From positions 64,001-115,197 of IMG/VR virus record IMGVR_UViG_3300005323_000039: DNA of 51,197 nt; one strand, written 5' to 3'. A program made the position numbers and the translations under genes. Below the pieces are notes generated by a model, which made no database searches, was not told where the DNA came from, and was given only the letters and a program-made list of their open reading frames with translations. Of the stretch, positions 35,321 through 45,104 are shown one piece after another. The stretch is from a virus (lineage: Duplodnaviria; Heunggongvirae; Uroviricota; Caudoviricetes). The first letter of the stretch is position 1, and every line of letters starts with the position of its first letter.

Positions 35321-35341
35321 AATAAAGAATAAAATTAGTGA

Positions 35342-35572
35342 TTAGGTCGAATTGAAGCAATCTACGAATCCCGAAATGTAGCTCAACGCATGAGATATTT
35401 CGGCTTTCGTGGGCTTCTTTTCAGACATAATATAAAGCATGCCGTCCTCGTCACAACCTAACTTTAGTGGTCTGTTTTCTACGTTTACCAGAGCGTGGCC
35501 TAACTTTTGACCAACCTTTATTCCCAATGCGTATGGAACAGGCATTTTTGTATCACACGACATCATATTCAA
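35342..35572 (-). CDS. hypothetical protein
   Basis: 76 aa with its own BRE-TATA at 35601-35618. Confidence 0.55.
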   Translation of the reverse strand: MNMMSCDTKMPVPYALGIKVGQKLGHALVNVENRPLKLGCDEDGMLYIMSEKKPTKAEISHALSYISGFVDCFNST

Positions 35573-35586
35573 CCTCTAGTGCTCTA

Positions 35587-35598
35587 TAGTACGTACTA
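35587..35598. promoter_or_regulatory. palindromic operator-like motif TAGTACGTACTA (ACGTACTA half-site also at 3276, 6218, 16150, 45190)
   Basis: Exact ACGTACTA 5-8 nt downstream of a TATA box at five promoters. Confidence 0.65.
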
Positions 35599-35625
35599 GG
35601 TTAAATAAGTTGTGGTCCGATTTAA

Positions 35626-35922
35626 TCATAACTCGTCGTTTGTATCCAAATAGATTAATACTGAGTTCAGAATGTCTCCTACGTCTTTTGGAATTGTTTC
35701 TCTTTTTGCTGGGTCATCAATTGAAGGTATAAATAAAAATCCACCATCTTTACCTCTCCAGCACGTTATGCGTCCCATGGGCTCAGGTGTATAGCCTAAC
35801 TCTTGTAGCATGTATACTATTTCTTGAATGTCTTGTAGCGTGATATTTTTTAGCTTTTCGTGATACCTAGCTTTGGCTCTCCTTTGTTCATCAAATAACC
35901 TGATTATTTCTGGTTGTGACAT
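35626..35922 (-). CDS. hypothetical protein
   Basis: 98 aa in a tightly packed minus-strand block. Confidence 0.6.
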   Translation of the reverse strand: MSQPEIIRLFDEQRRAKARYHEKLKNITLQDIQEIVYMLQELGYTPEPMGRITCWRGKDGGFLFIPSIDDPAKRETIPKDVGDILNSVLIYLDTNDEL

Positions 35923-36182
35923 ACTTTAATCTCCTTTAAATCTTTCGGCAATTCATCTTTAGGTGATGTAAAATATTCAACACCATCGGATGGAATATCC
36001 TTTGCTACGTGCAATCCAACTCCAACCCAAATTAACGATATCAAGTCATACATATGGAATTGGTACGTTCCATTAATCAACCCTTCTATGATCATACCAC
36101 ATAGCAGGATTGATATGAACCATCCTATGCCAAATGCAACGATTGTAAATATCGCGCCTACGTCAACTAGATCATCTAACAT
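35904..36182 (-). CDS. small membrane protein
   Basis: Two hydrophobic segments. Confidence 0.55.
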   Translation of the reverse strand: MLDDLVDVGAIFTIVAFGIGWFISILLCGMIIEGLINGTYQFHMYDLISLIWVGVGLHVAKDIPSDGVEYFTSPKDELPKDLKEIKVCHNQK

Positions 36183-36488
36183 ATGTCCAATTCACCACCT
36201 CTTACAGGGAACACTACATACTCGACGTTATCCTTAGTGACAATACGGAGTTGTTTTATGTTTCCATCATGTGTAAATTCAACACAAGATACTGTTGATC
36301 CGATCAAAGATTTACTTGAAGCATTCATTGTTATTACACTTCCTTGCGATTACAATATATTGAGTGAATTCCCATCACAACGTATCCAGCAAACATTATA
36401 GCTATGCTCCACATAACGCAATTTGCGAGCAAAAAGTATATGCAAGCTCCAGACCATCCCATGTACAGGAGTAATTCGATTAATGTTT

Positions 36489-36689
36489 TTAAGATTTTGT
36501 TGGACATATACGTACAGCACCTGACTTGAAGTTAACGATTATCTTTTCGGGCCACTGAAGGTCTGGATCAGTTTCATCGAGCCCATGAAGGAAGAGTTCA
36601 CCACGATAGACATCATGGTCGAAGCCACAGTGCTCCAAATCCACTAGGTCCATTGTCACAGTCTTAGTTTCTTTATCATACCGTATCAT
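36489..36689 (-). CDS. hypothetical protein
   Basis: 66 aa, coupled to neighbours. Confidence 0.55.
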   Translation of the reverse strand: MIRYDKETKTVTMDLVDLEHCGFDHDVYRGELFLHGLDETDPDLQWPEKIIVNFKSGAVRICPTKS

Positions 36690-36693
36690 GCAA

Positions 36694-36891
36694 TCACTTT
36701 TTCATATCGCTGTTGTTTATTCGCTCAAGGCATACTTCTAACCATCTAATGATTGTGTTTTCCAGAAGGCTCGGATGCATTTCAGGTTGAGTTTGCCTAA
36801 TTTCTTGTATTCTTTGGCGTACTGCTTTGCGCAATGATTCTTTCATCCGTTCCCTTTGTTTGGGAGTAATTGTTATTACAGGTGGCGTCAT
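36694..36891 (-). CDS. hypothetical protein
   Basis: 65 aa, ATGA overlap. Confidence 0.55.
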   Translation of the reverse strand: MTPPVITITPKQRERMKESLRKAVRQRIQEIRQTQPEMHPSLLENTIIRWLEVCLERINNSDMKK

Positions 36892-37316
36892 GCGAATGGC
36901 CTCCCTAAGATTCTGTGCATAGTTTCCTCCAGAATTTGATCTGCTTCGTGAGGCGCGCGACGAGCATATTCTTTTTTGAGTTCCCTCTTCAATTGATCGA
37001 TTGTTCTGTCTTTTGATTCGACCTCGTCAGTTAGAAGTTGTATTTTGTAGCGCAGATTTGCGGTTGTTGTGGGTGGAATGCGTGCCATTACGTCGGGTGT
37101 TCCATTGGCCACAAGATTCCAATACTTAGTTTGAATGGGTTCGGGCCACGTACGAGATTCAGCGTGTAGCTTTTCCCATAGCTCTGCATCAACTGTTCGA
37201 TGGTAGTCTAGACTCAACTGGAGGTGTCCGATGCGCTGGCTCAAGATATCTAGTTGAGCAAACTGTCGTTCGATCATTTTTAACGCTTCTTGTAAGGTAG
37301 TCGGTCCGATTGACAT
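36888..37316 (-). CDS. coiled-coil hypothetical protein
   Basis: 142 aa with heptad patterns. Confidence 0.6.
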   Translation of the reverse strand: MSIGPTTLQEALKMIERQFAQLDILSQRIGHLQLSLDYHRTVDAELWEKLHAESRTWPEPIQTKYWNLVANGTPDVMARIPPTTTANLRYKIQLLTDEVESKDRTIDQLKRELKKEYARRAPHEADQILEETMHRILGRPFA

Positions 37317-37877
37317 GAGATTAAATCACTCCGAGGAAGTTCAATGTTTCGAATATCAGTACGATGATACAAAATGCTGCATATGGAATATTTTCGTTCT
37401 GTGCATAAATAGCCAACATGAATGCAGCAACTACAGTCAAAACAAACGATATTGTAGTGAATGCCACCTAAATCACACTCATATGCGAACTAAGGTATGC
37501 CCCATTTGATCAATATTGTGACAACGTTGAGCAAAGCACATCCACACATTACCGCGCACATAACGTATCCTTTGCGCTTGTATTCAAAGTATGCCAATGC
37601 GAGGCTCGCCACAAGCAATGGATATGGCAACCAGTCGTATAGATTTTCTAACATACCACGTACAACGTAGTATTGTTATTTATACTTTATTGTTTGAATG
37701 GAGTTGACCAACGTTTGAACAGACGGACCACAAACTATAAATATGACTTAAACCTACTAGAGGATGTCAAGTGCGTAAGGCATTAGAATGACTGTTTTGG
37801 ACGCTTCGTTTAATGACTCACTCCAAGGGCTCATTTCCGAACGTTCTTTGTGCTCTTACAATATTTGACTAAATTAT

Positions 37878-38651
37878 ATGGAGTATTTACACATGAGCGT
37901 AAGTATGTGGGAAGAGCCGATCGTCGTAGGAGGCTCAAAATTTGAGGAAGGCAAACGATATACAATCGAACTAACGGACGTTAAGCGTGAGAAGGCAGTC
38001 GTCCAGTGGCTCAAGAACATGCCTAAAGAGGTTGCAGGCAAAGAGTACGCTTCCCTTACATCCGAACAAAAGGCTGTAGTTGATGGTTACGAGTATGTAC
38101 CGGAAGATTACTTCCAAGCAAGAGACGGCAAGGACGCCCAAAAAAAGCCTCTAAAACAGGATCGTGTGGCCTTCCAGTTCAGAGAAGTTGAAACAGGCGC
38201 GCCGTTTTTGTACGATACCCAGTTTTGGATGACGCAGAGCGGCGGCGCTTCGAACAAACTCTTAGCGTTCCTTGAGCAAGCTGTTGGTTATGTCCCAGGG
38301 GAATCCGACTCCTTCAGACTAATCGATATAATGAAGCCTGGCGACAAATTCTCTGCGTTCATCACTAAGGGCAAGAACAACTTTAGCAAGCTTGACGTCG
38401 ATTCGATTGTTCGCGCGGATATGGCTCCTAAGGGCGTATCCGAACGGAAAGAACTAAGCGAAGGCGCTCAAAAGTTAGTCGCTTATCTGAAGGCTAACTC
38501 TACAGGACAATCTGTCAGTTCGATTATCAAGATAATGAACAGCGGGGAGCTTGGCGTTGAGTACAATGTCGCACAGACCTGGTGGAATGAGGTTCGCACC
38601 TCCGGTACAGTCTACTCCAAGGACGGCGGCAAGACTTTCGGGTTTGAATAA
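37878..38651 (+). CDS. putative single-stranded DNA-binding protein (OB-fold, DUF669-like)
   Basis: FEEG.RY.IEL.DV, VAFQF, SNKL..FL.Q.VG, KFSAFI...NFSKLD; upstream of the Sak4-like gene. Confidence 0.55.
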   Translation: MEYLHMSVSMWEEPIVVGGSKFEEGKRYTIELTDVKREKAVVQWLKNMPKEVAGKEYASLTSEQKAVVDGYEYVPEDYFQARDGKDAQKKPLKQDRVAFQFREVETGAPFLYDTQFWMTQSGGASNKLLAFLEQAVGYVPGESDSFRLIDIMKPGDKFSAFITKGKNNFSKLDVDSIVRADMAPKGVSERKELSEGAQKLVAYLKANSTGQSVSSIIKIMNSGELGVEYNVAQTWWNEVRTSGTVYSKDGGKTFGFE

Positions 38652-38696
38652 ATTGAATTGGTGGCGTAGAGCCACCCAACCATTATATTTTAGGAG

Positions 38697-38990
38697 TTGA
38701 ATCATATGTGTGATAAACAACCAGAAACAATAGGCCCAATACTTGCTTATGCAGAAGCACTTACCTCAACATCGAATGAAGCAATCGAATCGAGACTAGA
38801 TCGAATAGCAGATGCACTCGACACTCTAATCGATATCGAATGTGCTAAGGCTGGTATTGATTGCGATTGTTGTGACTGTAATACTATCACAATTGAAGGG
38901 CCGGACGGGATTCGCGCGGAGTTTGTAGTGTCTCCCGAAAAAGCCGACGCAATAATCGAGCTTCTGATGGTTCCTGAAGACATAGAGTGA
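38697..38990 (+). CDS. acidic hypothetical protein
   Basis: 97 aa, GGAG ribosome-binding site. Confidence 0.6.
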   Translation: MNHMCDKQPETIGPILAYAEALTSTSNEAIESRLDRIADALDTLIDIECAKAGIDCDCCDCNTITIEGPDGIRAEFVVSPEKADAIIELLMVPEDIE

Positions 38991-39076
38991 ACTGAAGTTT
39001 GCATAGAATGCGCGTTCGAACAAGTGACGTGGCACTATACCCACGGTATTTTTGATTAAATGGACGGTATGATTAC

Positions 39077-39382
39077 ATGATATTTGAAGCAGTTGCTGGA
39101 CACTCTTTAAGAGTTTTGGCAGAGACTCTCGGACTCGATATAGACAAAGTATCAGATGAAATGGACCACTACAAATTAAGCGACCCTTCAAATGAAGCAG
39201 AAGTTGTTGCTATAGTCAAAACAAGACTATCAGAAACAGGACTAAATGATAAGGACTTAATGTTGCGTACTTCAACGGCTCTTATCGCACTCGAAACGAT
39301 GACTTGGGCCGAACTCCAAACCGAATTAAAGGACGCCCCTGATAGTCATACTGTGCCTGTCGGTGACGAATTTTCAGTATAA
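39077..39382 (+). CDS. hypothetical protein
   Basis: 101 aa, co-oriented. Confidence 0.6.
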   Translation: MIFEAVAGHSLRVLAETLGLDIDKVSDEMDHYKLSDPSNEAEVVAIVKTRLSETGLNDKDLMLRTSTALIALETMTWAELQTELKDAPDSHTVPVGDEFSV

Positions 39383-39403
39383 TTAATTTTTTTTGGAGAT
39401 TTT

Positions 39404-40135
39404 ATGAGTTCGAGTATACAATACCCATTGTTGGGGTCGATCTGGGGCATGACGAAAACTGGCAAGTCAACGTTAGCAGCGACTTTCCCAAACGCTTTTG
39501 TAATCGATTTTGCACAAGTTGCCATGAGCTATGGGCACGCGGAAATTTTACCACAACGTTCTGTTGGGGAAGCATATTTTAGTGTTCGCAAGGTCACAGG
39601 GTTCGACATCCAACAGCAGTATAGGTATGTCAAAACGTGGGACGAATTTAAGCTCGCTCTACAAGACGCCCAAATGTACGCTGAAAGCTTGAAGTCTGAA
39701 CCTGCAAAGGCTGGCAAATGTTGGCTTGTTTTGGACGACTCATATAGATGGAGAGTATTTGCCTTGTTGGAGTACATTCGTCAAAATAAGAGGAAGTGGC
39801 CAATTCAGCAAGAGTGGGGCAGAATCACACAAGCGATGCAATCTGACGTAAATGAAATTCAAAACTTCGCGAACCTCTTAATCGTCCATCGTATGGTAAA
39901 AGATTTCGACACAGGACAACCAGTGGCTCAGATAATGCCAAGCGGAATTGATTTCGTTGGAGATTTTGCTGGAGAGTTAGCTCTGTGTGAAAAGGACGGC
40001 AAACGACAAAGAGTATTTAGAGTTGTTGGTAACAGACACGACGACGAATGCAGCGATACCTATTGTAGAGAAGTTGTTTCACCGGACGGCTTGAACGTGT
40101 TGATGAGTCTTCGTGTACCACCCGAATTGTGGTGA
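39404..40135 (+). CDS. Sak4-like (AAA_24) P-loop single-strand annealing ATPase
   Basis: Walker A GMTKTGKSTLAATFP, Walker B LVLDD, WGRI, LLIVH. Confidence 0.75.
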   Translation: MSSSIQYPLLGSIWGMTKTGKSTLAATFPNAFVIDFAQVAMSYGHAEILPQRSVGEAYFSVRKVTGFDIQQQYRYVKTWDEFKLALQDAQMYAESLKSEPAKAGKCWLVLDDSYRWRVFALLEYIRQNKRKWPIQQEWGRITQAMQSDVNEIQNFANLLIVHRMVKDFDTGQPVAQIMPSGIDFVGDFAGELALCEKDGKRQRVFRVVGNRHDDECSDTYCREVVSPDGLNVLMSLRVPPELW

Positions 40136-40159
40136 CACTAAAAGAGAAAATTTAATTTT

Positions 40160-40618
40160 TTATCTGTTGCATAACACTTGTAACGCTTTTTTATATTTTT
40201 CAGTCATTCGTAGTGCGTCTTCTAGAGGGAGTCCTTCCATTCTCTCTGGTGATGTATTGTGTTTTATGTCCGCAATTTTGACTTTCTTCGCGACACCTGT
40301 TGGGTCAGACAACACACGCTCCCAGTACTCGATGTTGGGCTCGCCCTTGCCATGCGTTAGGCATTTAATCGAATGGATTTGGCTTGGAGTCATTCCAATA
40401 TACTCAAAGTATGACTCCGGCATATCTGTATCTTCTAGAACGTCGTGTAGAACGGCCACAACACGCTCTTCGTCGGTTGTGAGACTCGAATCAAACATAA
40501 CACTCAACGGGTGCAATATATACGGCCTGCCGACTTTGTCTTTTTGGCCTTCATGCGCTTCAAGGGCAAGCTTTATGGCCCACTCAAGTAACGTTACCTC
40601 TCCTTTGCTTGATGTCAT
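40160..40618 (-). CDS. HD-domain hydrolase of the RelA/SpoT (Mesh1/small alarmone hydrolase) type
   Basis: A..AH.GQKDK.GRPYILHP, AVLHDVLEDT, VKIADIKHN. Confidence 0.85.
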   Translation of the reverse strand: MTSSKGEVTLLEWAIKLALEAHEGQKDKVGRPYILHPLSVMFDSSLTTDEERVVAVLHDVLEDTDMPESYFEYIGMTPSQIHSIKCLTHGKGEPNIEYWERVLSDPTGVAKKVKIADIKHNTSPERMEGLPLEDALRMTEKYKKALQVLCNR

Positions 40619-40694
40619 ATGTACCTCGCATAAGCATACTCCAATTTATACTTTACGCTAGTGCGTTCGATAAAAAAATAAGGGAAGGCTCTGA

Positions 40695-41078
40695 TTATAA
40701 GCCTTCTACCATCTTTGTGAGTTCTTCTATTGACTTGCCTTCTAAGTCAGTATCTTGCTTCTTCGCGATGGTCTCCATTATCTTTTGCTTCTTTAATTTC
40801 TTTTCAGCTTCTTGTTCTTTCGAAGCCATTTCCGCAAGTTTGACACCCACGATGTACTTCACAATGGCTACTTGGAATGCAAGTTCCTCAGAGGGACCAT
40901 TCTTCGTATCCAAAAGACTGTCCTCTTTGCATGTTCGGAGCTTTGCACTCAGTACTTTGTATATTTTGTCAAGTTCTTGAACGGACAGATCCCACAAATC
41001 TTCTACAGACAGTAACCCTTTGTAAGGGAATCTAGTCTTTTCACGTGTCGCCTTTTCGAACATTCTTTCAATCTCCAT
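40695..41078 (-). CDS. conserved phage coiled-coil protein
   Basis: MFEKATREK.RFPYKG.LSVEDLWDL motif; partner of 41102-43168. Confidence 0.7.
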   Translation of the reverse strand: MEIERMFEKATREKTRFPYKGLLSVEDLWDLSVQELDKIYKVLSAKLRTCKEDSLLDTKNGPSEELAFQVAIVKYIVGVKLAEMASKEQEAEKKLKKQKIMETIAKKQDTDLEGKSIEELTKMVEGL

Positions 41079-41101
41079 ACTACATGTCTCCTTTAAATTC
41101 T

Positions 41102-43168
41102 CTAAATGATAACCTTTATTACTCTGCTCACATGGCCAATTACTCTGACCAATACTTCATTTCGCTGAGTCGTACTAAATCCAATACCAGATAATTGATC
41201 ATCTGACTCAATTACGCGCATTTTTGTGCCCAACGCTTCAAACACTCGCTTGTGCTTGAGTAGATCTTCCTTAATGAATTCGTTGAAAAATCCATTAGGT
41301 TGTTCAGGATTCTTGCATCCATCGAGCATAAAGAACACATGTTTGTTACCGATACCTTCTTGTTTGCCCCAATAGTTTGGACTCATCATCACAACTGATA
41401 CAGGGTGCCATTGATTCGTGTCAAGATTCCACAGTTTACGGGATGCTAAACTCGACGATATCAATTCCTTTATGCTGAATCCTGTCTTGTGATTGAATGT
41501 TACTTCAGCCACACATACTTTTTCGTCTAGTCTGAGAGGTTGGTTGTATGCGAAAGAGTAAATCTGACCATTGAATTCAATTTCGGCAGTGAATCCAGAC
41601 TTCCCTCCACGATGATTGTAGCAATGCACAAAGAATTTATATGTGCCTTCGAACATTCGGTCAATCTGACTCCACGTTATGTTTTCAACGGCCACTCCAC
41701 CAGGTGCTTGTTGTGATGGTCGTATTATATCCACGTCCAGTATACCAGACGATGGATGTCTGTACGGAGCCTTGTTTCTAAAGTATATTTCATTTCCGGT
41801 TGGCTCGATACAATGCGCGTCGAGGTCATCTTCGTTGTCTTTGACATCATTCCACTGGATTGAAAATCGTAGGGCTCCCTCTACATTACCTCCAAGAGCT
41901 TTAACTCTTTGTTTCATCGAATCAGTCATGTTGCCTGAATAAGACCAAGAGAAGCCATTGGGCCATTTGAACATCGTGGGGGCATCTTTATCAATTGGAG
42001 CAATTAAGCTTACTAAGTTTGGAGCGTGCTTATTCTCCAACAATATTTCTATAGTTTGGGCCGTTGGCAAAATTTCTGATATGAACTTCTCGATTGGTAC
42101 TTCTTCAACTTTACCGAAACTCTTCGGAGACACTCGGATGTCTTTTGCCATTTCAGAAAATACACTGCCCGTCGTTAATTTGGTAATACTTCTGTTAGCG
42201 AATAGTATATTGTTCACAGTGATGTCATCCAAGACAGCATGTCTGCGGCCTAACGACTTGATATAACCAAGTTCTGTTATAGTTTGTTCGGCCTCCTCTA
42301 ACATCTTTTTTGTGAATACAGGCTTCGGGCGTTTGTAATGAGAAGGCGCAACAATGGCTTCATATTTACGAACTGCCTGATCCAGATCCTCTCCTTTAGA
42401 AATATCTACAAGCAATACTCCAATCGAGTGATTGCGGATTTTTCCAACAACTGGGCCTGCTATTTGCGACTGTTCCCAGGCATAGAGGTCCTTGACATCC
42501 GCTGGTAAGGTTGCATAAACTTTCTTGTGCTTTAGGAATGCTTCTAATGGACCTTTCCATTCCTCACCTTTATAAAGGCTATTCTGAACGATCAACTCCA
42601 GAACGGATTGTACTGAATCTTCCGAAATTTCTTCTAAGGACCGCTTGAATACGTCCTTTGTTGCATGCGCTTGAGATCGTAAAGTTCCTAATGTTTCTCT
42701 CGAATGACTTTTTACGAAGCGACTTGGCAACTCCACGTGAAAATGTTCCCAAGCAAGCACGCTGGATTCGGTCTTTTCGAAGTTCTCCTCCACGCCAATA
42801 TGGGCAGTGTCCGAAAAGAACACGTCAGACACAAGGCAAGACTTGACATATTTAGACAAAGCTTTTACAACAGGTTCGTACCGTGTACCTAGCATGTCAA
42901 CGTCCCATATTGTTGTTACATCATTGTTCTTGATGGTTACAACGTTTCCAAAGGACTTCACGAAGTGGCGGCACGTCGAACAATCATGCTCAGTTCTTGT
43001 TCTGAACATCGGGTTGCCACCTTCGGGAAAACTATCAAGATATAGTTTCCATAGTTTGTCTTTGTCAATGTCCACAACGAACAGACTTGACGATGGATCT
43101 TGCGTCATTCGTTTGATGTGGGATTGCATTTTGCTCCTGAATTCCACAAACTTACACATAAACTCCAC
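41102..43168 (-). CDS. conserved 688-aa phage protein with YfaP/DUF2135-like domain
   Basis: RTEHDCSTCRHF, LRFSIQWN...DLDAHCIEP, LDVDI, AVENITW, SPNYW. Confidence 0.7.
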   Translation of the reverse strand: MEFMCKFVEFRSKMQSHIKRMTQDPSSSLFVVDIDKDKLWKLYLDSFPEGGNPMFRTRTEHDCSTCRHFVKSFGNVVTIKNNDVTTIWDVDMLGTRYEPVVKALSKYVKSCLVSDVFFSDTAHIGVEENFEKTESSVLAWEHFHVELPSRFVKSHSRETLGTLRSQAHATKDVFKRSLEEISEDSVQSVLELIVQNSLYKGEEWKGPLEAFLKHKKVYATLPADVKDLYAWEQSQIAGPVVGKIRNHSIGVLLVDISKGEDLDQAVRKYEAIVAPSHYKRPKPVFTKKMLEEAEQTITELGYIKSLGRRHAVLDDITVNNILFANRSITKLTTGSVFSEMAKDIRVSPKSFGKVEEVPIEKFISEILPTAQTIEILLENKHAPNLVSLIAPIDKDAPTMFKWPNGFSWSYSGNMTDSMKQRVKALGGNVEGALRFSIQWNDVKDNEDDLDAHCIEPTGNEIYFRNKAPYRHPSSGILDVDIIRPSQQAPGGVAVENITWSQIDRMFEGTYKFFVHCYNHRGGKSGFTAEIEFNGQIYSFAYNQPLRLDEKVCVAEVTFNHKTGFSIKELISSSLASRKLWNLDTNQWHPVSVVMMSPNYWGKQEGIGNKHVFFMLDGCKNPEQPNGFFNEFIKEDLLKHKRVFEALGTKMRVIESDDQLSGIGFSTTQRNEVLVRVIGHVSRVIKVII

Positions 43169-43256
43169 ATTAGAGTATATTGCTATTTATACTTTGCGCA
43201 ACGATTGTTCGAATCGACCGTAAACTATAAATACAACGTAACGCAACGTAGAGTGT

Positions 43257-43724
43257 ATGAAGTTAAGTGAGGCGCTGGCAGAAAGCAAACGCATTGAAGG
43301 CGAAATGATGCGCCTGATGGCGCAAAGGGACAGTGTTGTTCAACAGGAATTCAATTTGCCTGATGGAACGGATGTAGCAGTTGCGGCAAAACTTCGCGCA
43401 GATTTTGTTCATCATAAAGCAGAAAAAATGATCGAACTGACTGGCCAGATAAAATATTTAATGGTCAATTTAATTGATTATAAAGTTCGTTTGAATAAAC
43501 GCAACGTCGAGCTCGGTATAGATGTTAAGCTCCAACAAATGAAGTTGCTTCGATTGGAACTATCTAAATTGATGGGCATGCTCAAAGGCAAAAGATATCA
43601 TGATGCTTTGAGCCAAGATACTATTGAAGCGTTGGATTTGAACAATCGCATAAAGGAATTGGAGCGAGACAAAGGTAAGTTGGACGCGGAAATCCAATCG
43701 CTCAATTGGTCCAACGATTTATAA
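43257..43724 (+). CDS. coiled-coil protein (DIP1984-like)
   Basis: MKLSEAL N-terminus and LDAEIQ..NW C-terminus. Confidence 0.55.
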   Translation: MKLSEALAESKRIEGEMMRLMAQRDSVVQQEFNLPDGTDVAVAAKLRADFVHHKAEKMIELTGQIKYLMVNLIDYKVRLNKRNVELGIDVKLQQMKLLRLELSKLMGMLKGKRYHDALSQDTIEALDLNNRIKELERDKGKLDAEIQSLNWSNDL

Positions 43725-43763
43725 ATCATAGTCATTGTGGTTCTGAATAAAGGACTACATGAT

Positions 43764-43944
43764 AGTGCAAAGTGTGTGAGACAAAATTTGTGGCACAGGT
43801 TGACCCCACCTAAGATCGTTTCGAGCGTTGTGTAGTGTTGAACGTTCTCACGAACATTGGATAAGACACTACGTGGAGTTTACCAGATCAATGGATTCAA
43901 ACCAGCCCTTGGTATAATTTGATCGTTGTCGCATGCTTTGCACT
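43764..43944 (+). ncRNA. candidate multi-helix ncRNA in the 3' region of 43257-43724
   Basis: AGTGCAAAG/CTTTGCACT closing helix, GACAA/TTGTC, GTAGTGT/ACACTAC, GATCAA/TTGATC, T-loop-like TGG-ATTCAAA-CCA; T-tract follows. Confidence 0.6.
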
Positions 43945-43980
43945 TAATTTTTAATCAATTCAATTTATTTAGTTCGACTT

Positions 43981-44241
43981 TTGCGAGGTACTTTAATGGA
44001 AAATAATTGTGCAAATATTACAACGTGCGGTATGCAACCGCCTGAACTATCCGATTCAGCAATCATTCGATCGGAGGAACTCCCTCTAAGCGACGCTTTA
44101 TACATCGCTATAATGTTTATTGAAGCGTTTTCAAAGCATTCTGAATGTTATAGACCCAGCGATTGCTTGAAGGCTGCTAAGATGTTGCGCAAATTGTACG
44201 ATTGTTTGTACGGCAAAAAGAACTTCAGTGTTGTTCTGTAA
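43981..44241 (+). CDS. hypothetical protein
   Basis: 86 aa, GAGGT upstream of the internal ATG. Confidence 0.5.
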   Translation: MRGTLMENNCANITTCGMQPPELSDSAIIRSEELPLSDALYIAIMFIEAFSKHSECYRPSDCLKAAKMLRKLYDCLYGKKNFSVVL

Positions 44242-44864
44242 AGGTACTCACTCCAATGGTCATCGTTATCGATACGCGGGAGAGACTGCGAGACCAAATT
44301 TACTCAATTTTGGCCATGCTACCAGATGTGCCGGAGGTTCGCGAAGAGGCCTTAGATTATGGAGACTACCATCTAAGCAATGGTTCATATGATATGCGAA
44401 TAGAGCGAAAAAGTATAGCAGATTTTTGTGCTTCGTATCGAGAATTGAAGCCGCGACTCCATCATATGCGTACCTCGTGGGATCGGACGTCACTTCTACT
44501 GGAGGGACACTACATCGTACGAGATAGTGTAATTTACCTCCCAAGAGGAACAAGTTTAGTTCCTTCTATGTCGTATAAAACATTCAGTAATTTTTTAATG
44601 CATCAGCAGGAGCTTGGAACTTGTGTGTACTACACGATGGGGTTAGAAGAATCAGTTCAGCGATTAGTTTTGTTGCACAATTATTTGCCTAGCCTTGGTG
44701 AACCGAGGCCCGCTCTGAAGTGCAAAACTCCCACAGAATTGTTCGTACAATTACCATACGTCGGAAGCAAAGGTGTGAAAAAATTACAAGAACAATATGC
44801 TACTCCTCAAGATGCTCTGGTCAATTTGCCTACGAAAACGAAAAAATTTTTAGAACGATGGTAA
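44202..44864 (+). CDS. ERCC4/XPF-family nuclease (likely start ATG 44256)
   Basis: VIVIDTRE, LDYGDY, IERKS..DF..S, LLLEG motifs. Confidence 0.88.
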   Translation: MFVRQKELQCCSVKVLTPMVIVIDTRERLRDQIYSILAMLPDVPEVREEALDYGDYHLSNGSYDMRIERKSIADFCASYRELKPRLHHMRTSWDRTSLLLEGHYIVRDSVIYLPRGTSLVPSMSYKTFSNFLMHQQELGTCVYYTMGLEESVQRLVLLHNYLPSLGEPRPALKCKTPTELFVQLPYVGSKGVKKLQEQYATPQDALVNLPTKTKKFLERW

Positions 44865-45104
44865 CCTCGAATTATTTTTCTTGTAGTTGAACGCAGCGAC
44901 TTCACTCCACTCTACAAGACATTCTGGATCAACGTATAGTGGGCAAGGTGCTGAGTCAAAATGTACCATGAGATCAGGATCTGGTTTTGTTATTGTTCCA
45001 GCTTCACCTACATAATCTCTTAAAGATCCCCATGTTTTTCCTTTGTTGTTTAGAGTTGTGGCAAGAATTACACGCGTTCTTATAGTGCATTCTTCAGGTT
45101 TCAT
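44850..45104 (-). CDS. SH3/KOW-like hypothetical protein
   Basis: 84 aa; YVGEAGTI...LMVHF pattern. Confidence 0.5.
   Translation of the reverse strand: MKPEECTIRTRVILATTLNNKGKTWGSLRDYVGEAGTITKPDPDLMVHFDSAPCPLYVDPECLVEWSEVAAFNYKKNNSRLPSF

Noticed and set aside
40113-40980. Plus-strand ORFs 40113-40661 and 40609-40980 and similar antisense ORFs across the window
   Set aside because: They are shadows of well-supported genes on the opposite strand.
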